From: Chiloscyllium plagiosum
Lineage: Eukaryota
Reading direction: 5' to 3'
Assembly (NCBI RefSeq): GCF_004010195.1
Contig: NC_057739.1
Coordinates: 25,156,969-25,220,968, forward strand
Length of the DNA: 64,000 nt
Every line of letters starts with the position of its first letter. The first letter of the stretch is position 1. The position numbers and the translations under genes are program-made. A model generated the notes under the pieces. The model was not told the DNA's origin, did no database searches, and saw nothing but the letters and a program-made list of their open reading frames with translations. Positions 53,003 through 64,000 of this stretch are shown one piece after another.

Positions 53003-53344
53003 TACTTTCCCACTGAATCATTAGTTCACCCCTGGATTAATACATTTCTAGTTTGGCAAATGAGAATGTTCCAGTCCGGACAAGATGTCCTCAATGGCAC
53101 CCTTGACTTTACTGCACCATGTGGCAGAGAACTTAGCATAATATCTGGTTTAAATCTCCAACCAGCTCGATAGTAAAAGCATCAGAATTCTGCCTGATGG
53201 GAACATTCCATATGTTACTAAATCCTTACACTACAAAATCACTGAATATTAAAGAAGTTTGCAGAAAACAAAACTATCAAACACCAAGAATTTGTTTGCA
53301 CACTGATTTCTGAAACAGCATTAAAATTAATTGGACAGCATTTT

Positions 53345-53700
53345 TTAAATTCACTCATGGAATGTGGGCATCACTGGCTGGACTGGCATCTATTGCCTAT
53401 CCCTTGTTGCCTTTGAGAAGGTGGTAGTGAGCTGCTTTCTTGAACTACTGCAGTCCATGGCTGAAGGTGGACCCACAATGCCGATAGGGATGGAATTCCA
53501 GTGACCAAGGACACTGAAGGAATTCCAGGTCAGGATGGGAAGTGGCTTGAAGGGAATCTGCTGCTGGTGGTGTTCTCTGCTGGGAATCTGCTGCCCTTGT
53601 CCTTCAAGATGCAAGTAGTCATGGGTTTGGAAGGAGCTATCTAAGGATCCTTGGCAAATTTCTGCAGTGCATCTTGTAGATAGAACACACTGCTGCTAAT
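53345..53700 (-). mobile_element. CR1/L2-group LINE 3' fragment
   Basis: Same tail and body as the 42415 and 59520-59760 copies. Confidence 0.85.
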
Positions 53701-54436
53701 GAATGTTAAATAGAAGTACAGATACAGTGCAGAATATTTTGAGTGTGGTGGAGCATTTGTGTCCATAATTACACTTGGTAACAGCAATAGACATGTTGAT
53801 TTTCAGAATAGTTTGGTCCTTCACAGTGAAGCAGAAATGAAAGAAGACGAAAAGGATACTTGAGAAAGTCACTACACAGAGAGAGAAATTAATCTATTTC
53901 TGCCAAGTATTTTTGTTTAAGTAGTCACTTTGTAAGCTATACTAATTCATTTTCACCATTGATCATTCACTTCTGACATGAGAGCTTTTTCAGGTGGAGC
54001 AAGTTCCAGTGTTTTCCTATGGCTGAGGATTATCCACAACTCTCCACTTAGAGGAGAGCTCCATGAAAGAATCCAGATTCATGATTAAACTGAAAATGTC
54101 TTCTATTAAACATTTTTCACATTTTTATGTTTCACATGTTCACATTTTTAACAGCTCCCTCTATTATTACATTTCTCTCTCCTTTGGTTTCAGTAAGTGA
54201 ACTATTCAGACTTATACTGAGAGCAGGAGGATCACAAATCTGATCATCCTTCTGTTCAGAGATAATTCATTTCAGACATGGGCAATAATGCTATAACTTG
54301 TCTCAGACCAAGGAGTACAAACCAGAACCCAATGAGCATCACTGAAGAGTGCCTTGGTGCTGGTTGGTTGAGGACAGTGACTCAGCTAAATGAGTTTTAG
54401 ATTAGCTGATGTAATGTGTGGGATATGATTTTCTAA

Positions 54437-54565
54437 GTTGAAACTTTATTGCTGGAACAGCACAGCAGGTCAGGCAGCATCCAGGGAACAGGAGATTCGA
54501 CGTTTCAGGCACAGGCCCTTCTTCAGGAATGAGCAGAGAGTGTTCAGCAGGAGAAGATAAAAGGA
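54437..54565 (-). mobile_element. PLE cassette family A with hammerhead (54495-54530)
   Basis: Reverse complement AUUC-CUGAAGA-A-GGGCcuguGCCU-GAAACGUC-GAAU (4-bp helix I); 10-bp TSD gattttctaa at 54427-54436 and 54566-54575. Confidence 0.88.
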
Positions 54566-55029
54566 GATTTTCTAAATCAATGTTCATATTTTCCAAAACA
54601 TGGCTACATTGAAACCAGCAAGGATGTAAAGATATACTGAACCAAGCCAATACACCACCTCTAGGTTCCAGGGATCAAATGTGTAATATCGTAGGGTTCT
54701 TCATAAACTGCCTTTAGACTTTCAGAAAGCCAGAATCATGTCAACTCCTAATTGTCAGAATAACATGTCCTTGCTCTACATTACCTCCGAATTAAGATAT
54801 CCTGAAACACGATCATCAGGGATTCAGGCGCATAACTGTTCTAGATTACCAAATCAACATCACTCTAGATCATGAGGGAGTCAGGTACATGATGATTGGT
54901 AAGCCAGTGAATAAGGCAGAAATTGACGCTAGATTATCAGAAAAATTCAGATCCATATTAGGTTGAGATTGTGAGAGACAAAGACATATTTGGCTGGAGA
55001 CTGTCAGGGGATGAGGCATATATTGGCTC

Positions 55030-55230
55030 CAGAAATAGACAATGCTGGAGAACCTCAGCAGGTCTGATAGAGAGAAACAGACCCAATGTGACTCTTCTTT
55101 TGAACACCAAAGTTCCAAAGGGTCAATATTGGACTTGAAATATTAACTCTGCTTCTCTCTCCACAGACTGGCTGATATTCTTCAGCACTTTCAGGTTTTA
55201 TTTCAGATTTCCAGCATCTGCAATATTTTC
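55030..55230. mobile_element. Old palindromic PLE terminal-repeat remnant
   Basis: tgctggagaacctcagcagg.. / ..ggacttgaaatattaactctgcttctctctccacaga..atttccagcatctgca; related remnants at 12.4, 45.5 and 61.47 kb. Confidence 0.55.
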
Positions 55231-57803
55231 ACTCTATTTATTGGTTTTAGTTTATGAAAGTTTACTTAATTTTCTGTAACATTTTTACATTATAAATAAG
55301 GATGAATCAATGCAGAAAAATAATAATCATCAAAGTTTGATCTGAGTGTATTGTGTCGAGCTCTGTACAGGCTGGATTCTTTTTGTCTATTCTGTGTATT
55401 GTGGCCAGCATTGTACATGTCTACAGTTACTGGTGATTGAAGTGAGTAATACTCATCAGCTCATTCTTACTCATTGGTTAAATCATCAGCAATGCCACTC
55501 TCTTCCATAATATTAGATTACAAGATCATTTAACATTGGGCCCTGTATATGACATTACAAAATAATGGGGCACATTAGAACACAGCCAAAGAGATCTCAG
55601 AACAATCTAAATGGGGTGGGGTCTCTTATCATATTCTCCATAGAGGTGTAACTGTGAGGATGGTATGTAAGAAGGTACTTATGGAAGCTTTCTATATCTG
55701 AATAATTTCTCAAAATGTCTGTTTGTTAAAAGTTGTTAAAGGAACTGTTTTAACTCCATCAATTTCCAAATAAAGGAGTGGAATCAGGCAATTTATCATA
55801 AGGGAGGCAATGAGAACTCTATATATCAAAACTGATCTATTTTCACTATAAATAACAGACTACTGTCAGTGCAAGGCAGAGATCTGCATCCTCCTCTTTG
55901 TTAATGATTTTTCTGAAGTCTCACGATTGTGTGACAAGACAATACCTGCCAGTTATATGAAAAGCGTATACTTTTTAAAGTGGAATGCCAAGCACATCAA
56001 GCAATTGTCTGATAATATAACTACCAATCATGTTTTTCATAATACAGCTTTAAATGAAAAATTTGCAAATCATACAATAGTATCAGCAAGTGGAAAGAGC
56101 AGGTATCAATGAGACTGAACTACTTTAATTAGAATATGTGAAATGTTTATGAAATCACAAGTTTTGCATCAAGAAATTATCAAACCCCTGAGTTCTCCCA
56201 CCTTCATAGTAAGGGGGTGGGGTAATATTCCACAGTGGAGACCTTTGCTCTGTTGAAAATCCCTGGTGTCCAGGCTTTCACTGACAGGCAAACTATTTTG
56301 TTTGAATAATCAGATGTTTTAGCTTTCACTAGCCTTTTGGAGCATTAAGTTAGAGGGGGTAGCATCAGAATGAGCAGTCCCAGGTTGAGACTTGAAACAT
56401 TTTTGTACATGCCATGGTTGTGTGTGCAGCATGGAATGTTAGTCCATGAGCAAGATAAAATTCAGACTTCTGAATCTAACAGGTTGCTACGGTGATCCAT
56501 TCGCACTCTCACGTGTTTTTGTCTTCCAGATCCACTCAATGCTAGAGATGCATTAGCACAGTTTCTTTCAGTAAAGAAATGATTTTCTAATGCATGTGCA
56601 TTCAGTTATTAATAAGCCAAAGTTCACTTACAAGCTTTGATTTTTTTAAACCGGTAACACATTTTGGGGTAAAAGGAAACTGTATTAGAAATGTCAAATG
56701 CTAAGAAATTTATTGTAAAACTTCTGACCTTTCAAATTTGAATAGAACATCCACAGTCTAATAATGTAAAGTGAAATAACCCAACTTTGGGCTGATAGGG
56801 AGGGACATAAAAATGAGAAGAAATGAATAGAGAGGGTTGGCACACCGACTTCAAATATCATTTTCGAGAGGTTGCAATCAGCCTATTTTTAAAATAAAAC
56901 ACTGTTTCAAAATGTGAACTGTCTAAGAAAGCAAGCTCATGATGTGTAAAACCAGTCAATACTTCAGATTATACGCTGGATTGTTCCGTGGGTAAAATGA
57001 TTCCAGCTAAGTCAGGACATTGCTCACTGGGAGCAGAAACATTGGGAAATCCTGGGTGTTGGAACAAAGGCATGCAGCAATGGGAATGTACTTGTACAGA
57101 AGACTAAATGGTTACACAGGTCAAGAGGCTTGAAGAACAGGAATAGAGAAATGACACATCCAAGGACACCCAAAGGCACACTGTAATTAGCAAAGTAGTA
57201 AAAAATAGGGAGATGTAGGATCTCTGGAAATAATGGAAGAGAAGATTTACATTGCTAAAATTGAAGAGTTGTAAATTGAGGAATAAATAATAAATCATGA
57301 GTAGATGTATTGATTCGTATTTGTGCATCTGAGTTCTTGAACAGTGGCTGTTTTCTTCATATTATGTTTCTTCTAGACATAAAGCAGGTTTGGTGAGGAA
57401 GCGATGTAGTCACTGGTTGCTTTTCCCAACAAAATACTTGAATAAGTAACTTAATTATTTTTAACAACCCAGAAGAGAGATTCTAGTTGCAGACATATTG
57501 GACAGACATATAAAGGTAGGCTGAAAAGCAACAGGTTTTCCCCACAGGCTTGGCTCAGGTTTCCTCATGCGGTAATGTTCTCAGCTGTATGTATGGTCGT
57601 GTGAGGGTAGAGCAGCAAATGAAGTTGGCAGGCAGGAAGCTCTGAATCCCACCAGGACATTCTGGGCCTACAACACCAGGGGCAATATTTACAAGACACT
57701 CGGACAACAATTCACTCTCTCCAACCCAGGAGCATCATTCAACCTTGCTCATCACCCTCACAATATGGAGATATCTAAGACCTGGCTATAACCAGCAACA
57801 CTG

Positions 57804-57952
57804 TTCAGTGATGCCTCCTTTCCCGAAGAGAGAGGTGAAGTGCATTTCCCAAATCTGGCAACAATAGACCATCTCGCAAATGCCCAAGGACAGTTCAGAG
57901 AATCTGGCTCCAGTGCTACAAGAGAATGCATGATTGGTTATGCTCCACCAGG
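57804..57952 (+). pseudogene. Harbinger Myb/SANT-like ORF remnant
   Basis: FSDAS..ERGEVHFP..QRIWLQCYKRMHDWLCSTR. Confidence 0.6.
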
Positions 57953-58299
57953 CTATGTACAACTCTTTACACAATGCTTCATGCCCCTACTGCATATCAC
58001 TGCACAGGATTGTCACACACACACACAATAATTGTGCTGGCAATCTCTAGCCTTTGTGTGACCAATATCTGTCACTTCCATTGTAGCTAGTATGTAACAC
58101 TGCTAATGGTACTGTCTCTCACATGTCTGCCAGGGTTCACACTTAAAACAGAAAAGGAGCTAGAATAGGTCTCAGCAGCTGAGAGCTCACTGTCTTGACC
58201 TTAAGGCTGCATCTGACTGAGTGCAGCATCAAGAGGCCCTGGCAAAAGTAGAGTCAATGAAAATCGGGAGCAACCTCTCAGCTGGTTGGACTCTGCCAT

Positions 58300-59760
58300 C
58301 TCGATAGATAGTTGTGGTTGTAGGAGGTCAGTCATCTCAGCTCCAGGACATCACTGCATGAGTTCCTCAGGGTAGTGTCCTAGGTCCAACCATCTTCAGT
58401 TGCTTCAATAATGACCTTCCCTCCATCATAAGATCAGAAGTGGGGATGTTCACCGATGAATGCACAATGTTTAGCACTATTTACTATTCCTCAATACTGA
58501 AGCAGTCCAAATCCAAATGCAACAAAGTCTGGAAAAGAATCTAGTTTTAGGTTGAAAAGTGACAAGTAACATTCACATCACACAAATGTCAGGCAATGAC
58601 CCCCTCCAATAAGAGACAATCTAACTATCACCCTTGACATTCAATGACTTTAATATCATTGAATCTCCCTCTATTAACATCCAGTAGGTTACCATTGACC
58701 AGAAGCTAAACCGGACTAACAACATAAATACAATGGTTACAAGAACAGGTCAGAGGCTAGCAGTATTGGGGTAAGTAACTCATCTCCTGAATCCCCAAAG
58801 TCTTTCCACCATCCACAAGACACGAGGCACAAGTCAGGAATATGATGGAATACTGCCCACTTGCCTGGACGAGTGCAGCTCCAATAACACTCAAGAAGCT
58901 TGAAACCATCCAGGACAAAGCAACCTGCTTGCTTGGCACCACATCTACAAACATTCAATCCGTCCAACACGGGCGCTCAGTAGCAGCAGTGTGTATACCA
59001 CCTACAAGTTACACCAATGAAGTTTACCAAAGATCCTTAGACAGCATCTTCCAAACCCATGACTACTTCCATCTCAAAGGACAAGAGCAACAGATACTTT
59101 TTTCAAACAGTAGCTGTTTTCATTAGAGAAAAGAAGGTTTAGGGGTGACTTGATTGAGGTTTACAAGATGATTAGGGGGTTAGATAGGGTTGACAGTGTG
59201 AACCTTTTCCCGCGTATGGAGTCGGGTATTACAAGGGGGCATAGCTTTAAATTAAGGGGGGGTAGATATAGGACTGAAATTCGGGGTAGGTTCTTCACTC
59301 AGCGAGTCGTAAGTTCATGGAATGCCCTGCCTGTAGCAGTGGTGGACTCTCCCTCTTTATGGGCATTTAATCGGGCATTGGATAGGTATATGGAGGATAG
59401 TGGGTTAGTATAGGTTAGGTGGGCTTGGATCGGCGCAACATCGAGGGCCAAAGGGCCTGTACTGCGCTGTATTCTTCTATGTTCTATAACCTCAGCATCA
59501 TTCTATACCTGGGCACACCACCCCCTGCAAGTTCCCCTCCAAGTCACTCACCATCCTGTCTTGGAAACATACTGCTGTTTCTTCACTGTTGCTGGGCCAA
59601 AATCCTGGAATTCCATCCCTCATGGCATTGTGGATAAATCTATAGCGTTCGACTGCAGTGGTTCAAAAAGACAGCTCAGCCCTACCTTCTCAAGGGCAAC
59701 TAGGGAGGGACAATAAATGCTAGCCTGCTAGCAATGCCCACATCTCTGGATTGAATAAGA
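58300..59760 (+). mobile_element. CR1/L2-group LINE RT plus 3' end
   Basis: QDITA*VPQGSVLGPTIFSCF.NDLP..MFTDEC; MEYCPLAWTSAAP..KKLETIQDKA; tail gggacaataaatgct. Confidence 0.9.
59098..59487 (+). mobile_element. Young CR1 3' fragment (distinct subfamily) nested in the LINE above
   Basis: LIEVYKMIRGLDRVD..FFTQRVVSSWNALP; CpG-rich; tail ttctatgttctat. Confidence 0.93.
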
Positions 59761-60255
59761 AAACAAATATGTTGAATCTTCTAACTGTTTGTATCCTCCT
59801 TACAGACATCCTGCAGGAGCGATGATGACTCCGAATGCTCACATGCACATCATGCAGAGCAAAGATCACTTTCATTTCTTTCTTCTGGGAGAAATGGAAC
59901 CTGTGGAAAGTGGGAGCCAGACAGTTGGAGTTTGGGAATCAAAGTGCATTGTTAGTCCCTCTGTACTTCAGTGATAATGAATGCCCCTGGCAAATGTCTG
60001 TCCTGACACATGGAGCACAGTCCCTATGTTGACCTACATAACTCATTACTGAGGCTCTGAACAAAACAACTGAATAGGAGGCTAGTGGGGCAAAGGGAAC
60101 AAATTAACTTATAACTTATGCCAAGTAGTTTAATGTTTAAAGTTATAAACCAAGCATTATGGTGGAGACAAGAATGTGTCTGTACAAAATTTGGCACGTA
60201 GGTTTCAGTGTTTCACATGCTCATGCAAAGCATAGCTGCTATTATATTCTCTTGA

Positions 60256-60382
60256 GGAGAAAGTGAGGTCTGCAGATGCTGGAGATCAGAGCTGAAAATG
60301 TGTTGCTGGAAAAGCGCAGCAGGTCAGGCAGCATCCAGGGAACAGGAGAATCGACGTTTCGGGCATAAGCCCTTCTTCAGGA
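60256..60382 (-). mobile_element. PLE cassette family A with intact hammerhead (60349-60384)
   Basis: Reverse complement uucCUGAAGAAGGGCuuauGCCCGAAACGUC|gauuc; 15-bp TSD attatattctcttga at 60241-60255 and 60383-60397. Confidence 0.92.
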
Positions 60383-60619
60383 ATTATATTCTCTTGAACC
60401 TGTCTGCCCTGTGCCACCTCCTACTGTCCTGGCTTCATCAGCAGCAGCATCAATGTTGGCTCGCTCAGCATCTCTGCCAAACTCCCTTTGTTCCTTGGCT
60501 GAGAAAACAGCTGACTGGACTCTGCCATGGAGCTAGGCAGTGGAGTGTGCAGCAAACAATGACTGTTCTGGAGACCTTGTCCACTGAGTACCAGAGTGCT
60601 CCTCCTCCAGGAGTCCAGG

Positions 60620-61380
60620 CAATCAGATGCGTCCTCAGAAGACCAATTGCCTCTTAACTGATGGCCCTTGTGAGTGCATGGGCAGCTTTGTAATACTGTT
60701 ATGGCATCAGACTAAGAGTTGCTCTTTGGGGTTACAAGCCACACCTTCCCTGGGGCATGCCTCATCATCCATGAGCCAGCCTTGAAGATGATATGGGAGG
60801 CAGGTAAATGGGGTGTTCAACATTCAAAGACCCTGGGAGTTGTGCAGAATGTGAATGTTGTGGCAGTTCCCTGGATAAATGGTGCATACCCACAGAAGCT
60901 GTTACCTGTGGTCACAACTGTGCTGGGACATTGAAGGGATGAAATGCCTTCCCATTCAGGAATGTGGCGAGATGATGCCACGGAGCTCTCCATAGTGGCA
61001 ATGGGTCACTTGTCACTCTGAGAATTCAGCAATAGCTGCAAATCAGACAGCTTAAACACCTTGGCTGAACTGGACAGAGTGCAACATTTTTCTGTAAAGG
61101 ACATTATTAACTCACAAGTGCACTTATGAGCTTCTGATTGGGAGGTGCTGCACATGTCCCCAGCTGAGCTTCAAAGAAGCTGATGGTAAGAAAATTCAAT
61201 GCTGCTGTGAACTGCAGCACCACAGGCATTGCACTGCCCCACTAGAGGCAAGGTGCATATCTGCCTGCAGAAGTTGACGGATGTAGGTGACACATTCCTT
61301 TCACATGCAGAGATGCCACTGGCATTGTCTATCACTTGTGCAGGTAGCTGACCATGCACACTACTTGACAGCGCTGAGGA
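60620..61380 (-). pseudogene. Harbinger/PIF (HARBI1-like) DDE transposase fossil
   Basis: QLLQAD..GGSAMPV..TAALNF..GDMCSTSQSEAHKC; FLNGKAFHPFNV..CDH..VCTIYPGNCHN..IL.NS; WL..D..WLVTP; AHALTR. Confidence 0.8.
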
Positions 61381-64000
61381 CTCTAGTTCCTCTCTTTGGT
61401 AACTATTTGCTCATCCACAGCTACAATTCCTAAGACTGAGAAATCTCAGTTTTTGAGTCACTGGATTGGAAATGTTAACGCTGCTTTCTCTCCTCTGATG
61501 CTGCCAGACATGCTGAGTTTATTCAGCAATTTCAGTGTTTCTTTTCGAGCTAATAAGAAACGTGTCAATTGCTCTCCTTTGTGCCCCCACCTTCTTCAAA
61601 CTCCAGAACCCTAAACTTGGTTTGGTTTTCTGTACTGCAAACAACTGACACTGCCTACTGGGATGTTCATTCTGAAGGACAATTCTTCTGTGCAAAATCC
61701 CTAGACCTCTGTTCCACATTTTCAAATTGATGATAAGGTGTATCCACATAAAACTATGACAGAAATGTTTCATTGATTTCTATAACTCTGCCTCTCTGTG
61801 TGTTGCATAAAGTATAATCATTTTGTTCTCAGTCACTTCCAGTAATGGTTTTGATTAGCACCCATGTTAATGAGAATTTAGTTTTCTTTTATTTAAAAGA
61901 TTGAATTATGCACTGTGCCAGGAATTATATTTAAGCATGTCGGACAATACTTGCATTGTCCTTTTAAATTTCTCTCACATAAGATTAAGAATCCTTGATG
62001 TCACAATCTGTTCTATGGTGAGAACACAAAGATGTTTTATTTTGTCAGGGGTACAGATATTTATGACAAAATTAAGATTTAGTGAAGTTTTCAAAATAAA
62101 AAGAGTGTGAGTGCAGCTGTTTACGTAGTTAGTATGCCTAAATGATTACGACATGGGATACCAATTCAACCATGTGCTTGTATTTTACTTAAACATTAGT
62201 CTAATATGAATAAAACTAGTGTTGCTAAGTGAGCTGGGTATTACAGTAACAGCAAGCTTGACAGACTTACCCAAACATTTAACAGACTGGTACACCACCA
62301 GTAGTGAAAATGAACATGGCAGATCTCATTAATGGCTTGCATTGATGAACTCATGCCATTAACTATTGCGGAGTTATATATTAAACAGTCAGAAGGCAGG
62401 GGACTCATCGGATTACTGGTGGCCATTTGGAAAAGGTAGAACCAATTGCCCTGGAATATCGCAAGGATCATTGGATATTATCAAAGGTCCTTGATTCAAA
62501 GATGCTGTCTACTCAGGGTTACACATCTTCATCAGGCAGATGTTTAACACACTGGTCATTGAGAAAATGGGGTAAGACATACCACAAGATCAGGACAGCA
62601 AAATTCTCTTCTTTTCCTTTCCTTCTTGATCGCTGCTCTTCCTCATCATTATAGTCCTTGAACTCAATGCATGATGGCCATGTTGTTGCCATTTTGAGCA
62701 ATGAGTAGCAAGTTCCTCCCAGTCATTAATGGCAATACTTCAAGGAGAGCTTCAGAGCAACTTTGTAGCATTTTCTTTGTCCTCCCCTAGAACACAAGCT
62801 GTTTGTGAATAGAGGGATCTGAACCTGACAGAGGAGATGCCTTTTGGCCATCTGGACACAATGTTCAGCCCATCATGGCTGATGTTGCAAGAGTTTTGCC
62901 TCAGCGCTTGTGGAACTGTCTTCAACAAGGACACTAGCACTTGCTCAATGATCCTCCTACTGAATGCGAGGATTGTGTCAGAGGCAGTGCTAGTGGGTCA
63001 CTGGTGATGAACAGGCAGAATATACTTCTGATTTCTCTGGAGTGGATCTGAGGTGAAGTGTCAAAGTACAATCCTCAGTGATGTAAAGATGAATATGTAC
63101 CCATATTTTTCCTAGCGATATAATGAGGGCATATGTGTCTGTTTGATCATCTCTGTGAAACTGTTTCAAATATTCTTATTGCAAAAATGACAGCAGGCTT
63201 CAAGATCACTGCCTTGTCGATTTGACATAAGGCACTGAAAATGAAGTATGCAGAAGCACAATGGGATGTACTATTAAGGCAGAGTTGGACTGTGGAACAT
63301 TTTAGCCTGACATTTTCATTACAATTTCATTTCCTATTTGGTATATTTTAGTGTGTAAAGTATTAGTGAATTTCTGCATCTTAATGTTTGTCTTTAGATC
63401 CAATCCTTATCAAAACACATGCAGCGAAAGTGGTTTCTTCAACTGATATTCACGAACAACGTTTTAAATTAAGTAAAAATGCAAAAGAGTCAAGTCCACG
63501 TCAAAAAGATACAATGTCGTAGCCAATGTTTGACAGTGAGTGCATGTGCAGCGACTGTCAGCTCTGACAGAACTCAGCCCCTTTACTCAGCTTATTAGTG
63601 GCCCACAAGTAAAAATCACTTCATTCAGATTGAGTTGGAAGATAATCTGTGTCAACCAATTGATTAGAATGAAGGCTCTGAGACCTGATCAGATTGATTT
63701 TGAGAATAAGGTAAAATTTTACCCCCATAACCCCCAAACCACCACTGCTGGTTACATGCAAACACGAGGCATGGGGGAGAATTTTGACAAGAAGTCCCTC
63801 ATCTTCCATGATAACTTTGTCAGATAATTAACAGAAACCTTGGGAAAAATAATTCCTGGATTTTCCGAGCAGTGGCAGTCTCGCACAGATTGACACTCTG
63901 CTCCTTTTTTAAACAAAACAAAGGAGCTCCCCATTTCAGACAGGAAGTTCTGATCCGGACTCCTTCAGAAACGTGAAAACGTGCTGCCATCCTGACAGCT

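Noticed and set aside
59806-59950. Candidate exon after ctaac..cctccttacag
   Set aside because: Lies inside the Harbinger fossil interval; may be a relic transposon exon, with no evidence for a host gene
62560-62960. Second Harbinger transposase trace (LNIVSRWPKG, LGEDK)
   Set aside because: Only two weak motif resemblances; not enough without a profile search

Overview
Vertebrate, AT-rich, gene-poor DNA. The HE1 SINE / HER1(CR1) LINE content points to an elasmobranch (shark) genome; this is inference. No intact host protein-coding gene is supported. Most of the window is layered transposon debris: CR1/HER1 LINEs (one with its 5' end, ORF1 and the start of the APE domain), HE1 and other tRNA-derived SINEs, a second CR1/L2-group LINE with a partner SINE, Harbinger/PIF fossils, a Tc1/mariner-type MITE and Penelope-like elements (PLEs). 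Two signals stand out. (1) At least 8 short PLE-derived cassettes from two families, 7 with 10-15 bp target-site duplications (TSDs), most carrying a minimal hammerhead ribozyme motif; their truncation and inversion breakpoints cluster on the ribozyme, twice exactly at the dyad of the helix-III palindrome. (2) A heavily decayed, intronless, internally deleted EYS-like retrocopy at about 18.3-20.5 kb. Homology calls come from manual translation and recalled consensus sequences, not database searches. Boundaries of old elements are approximate.
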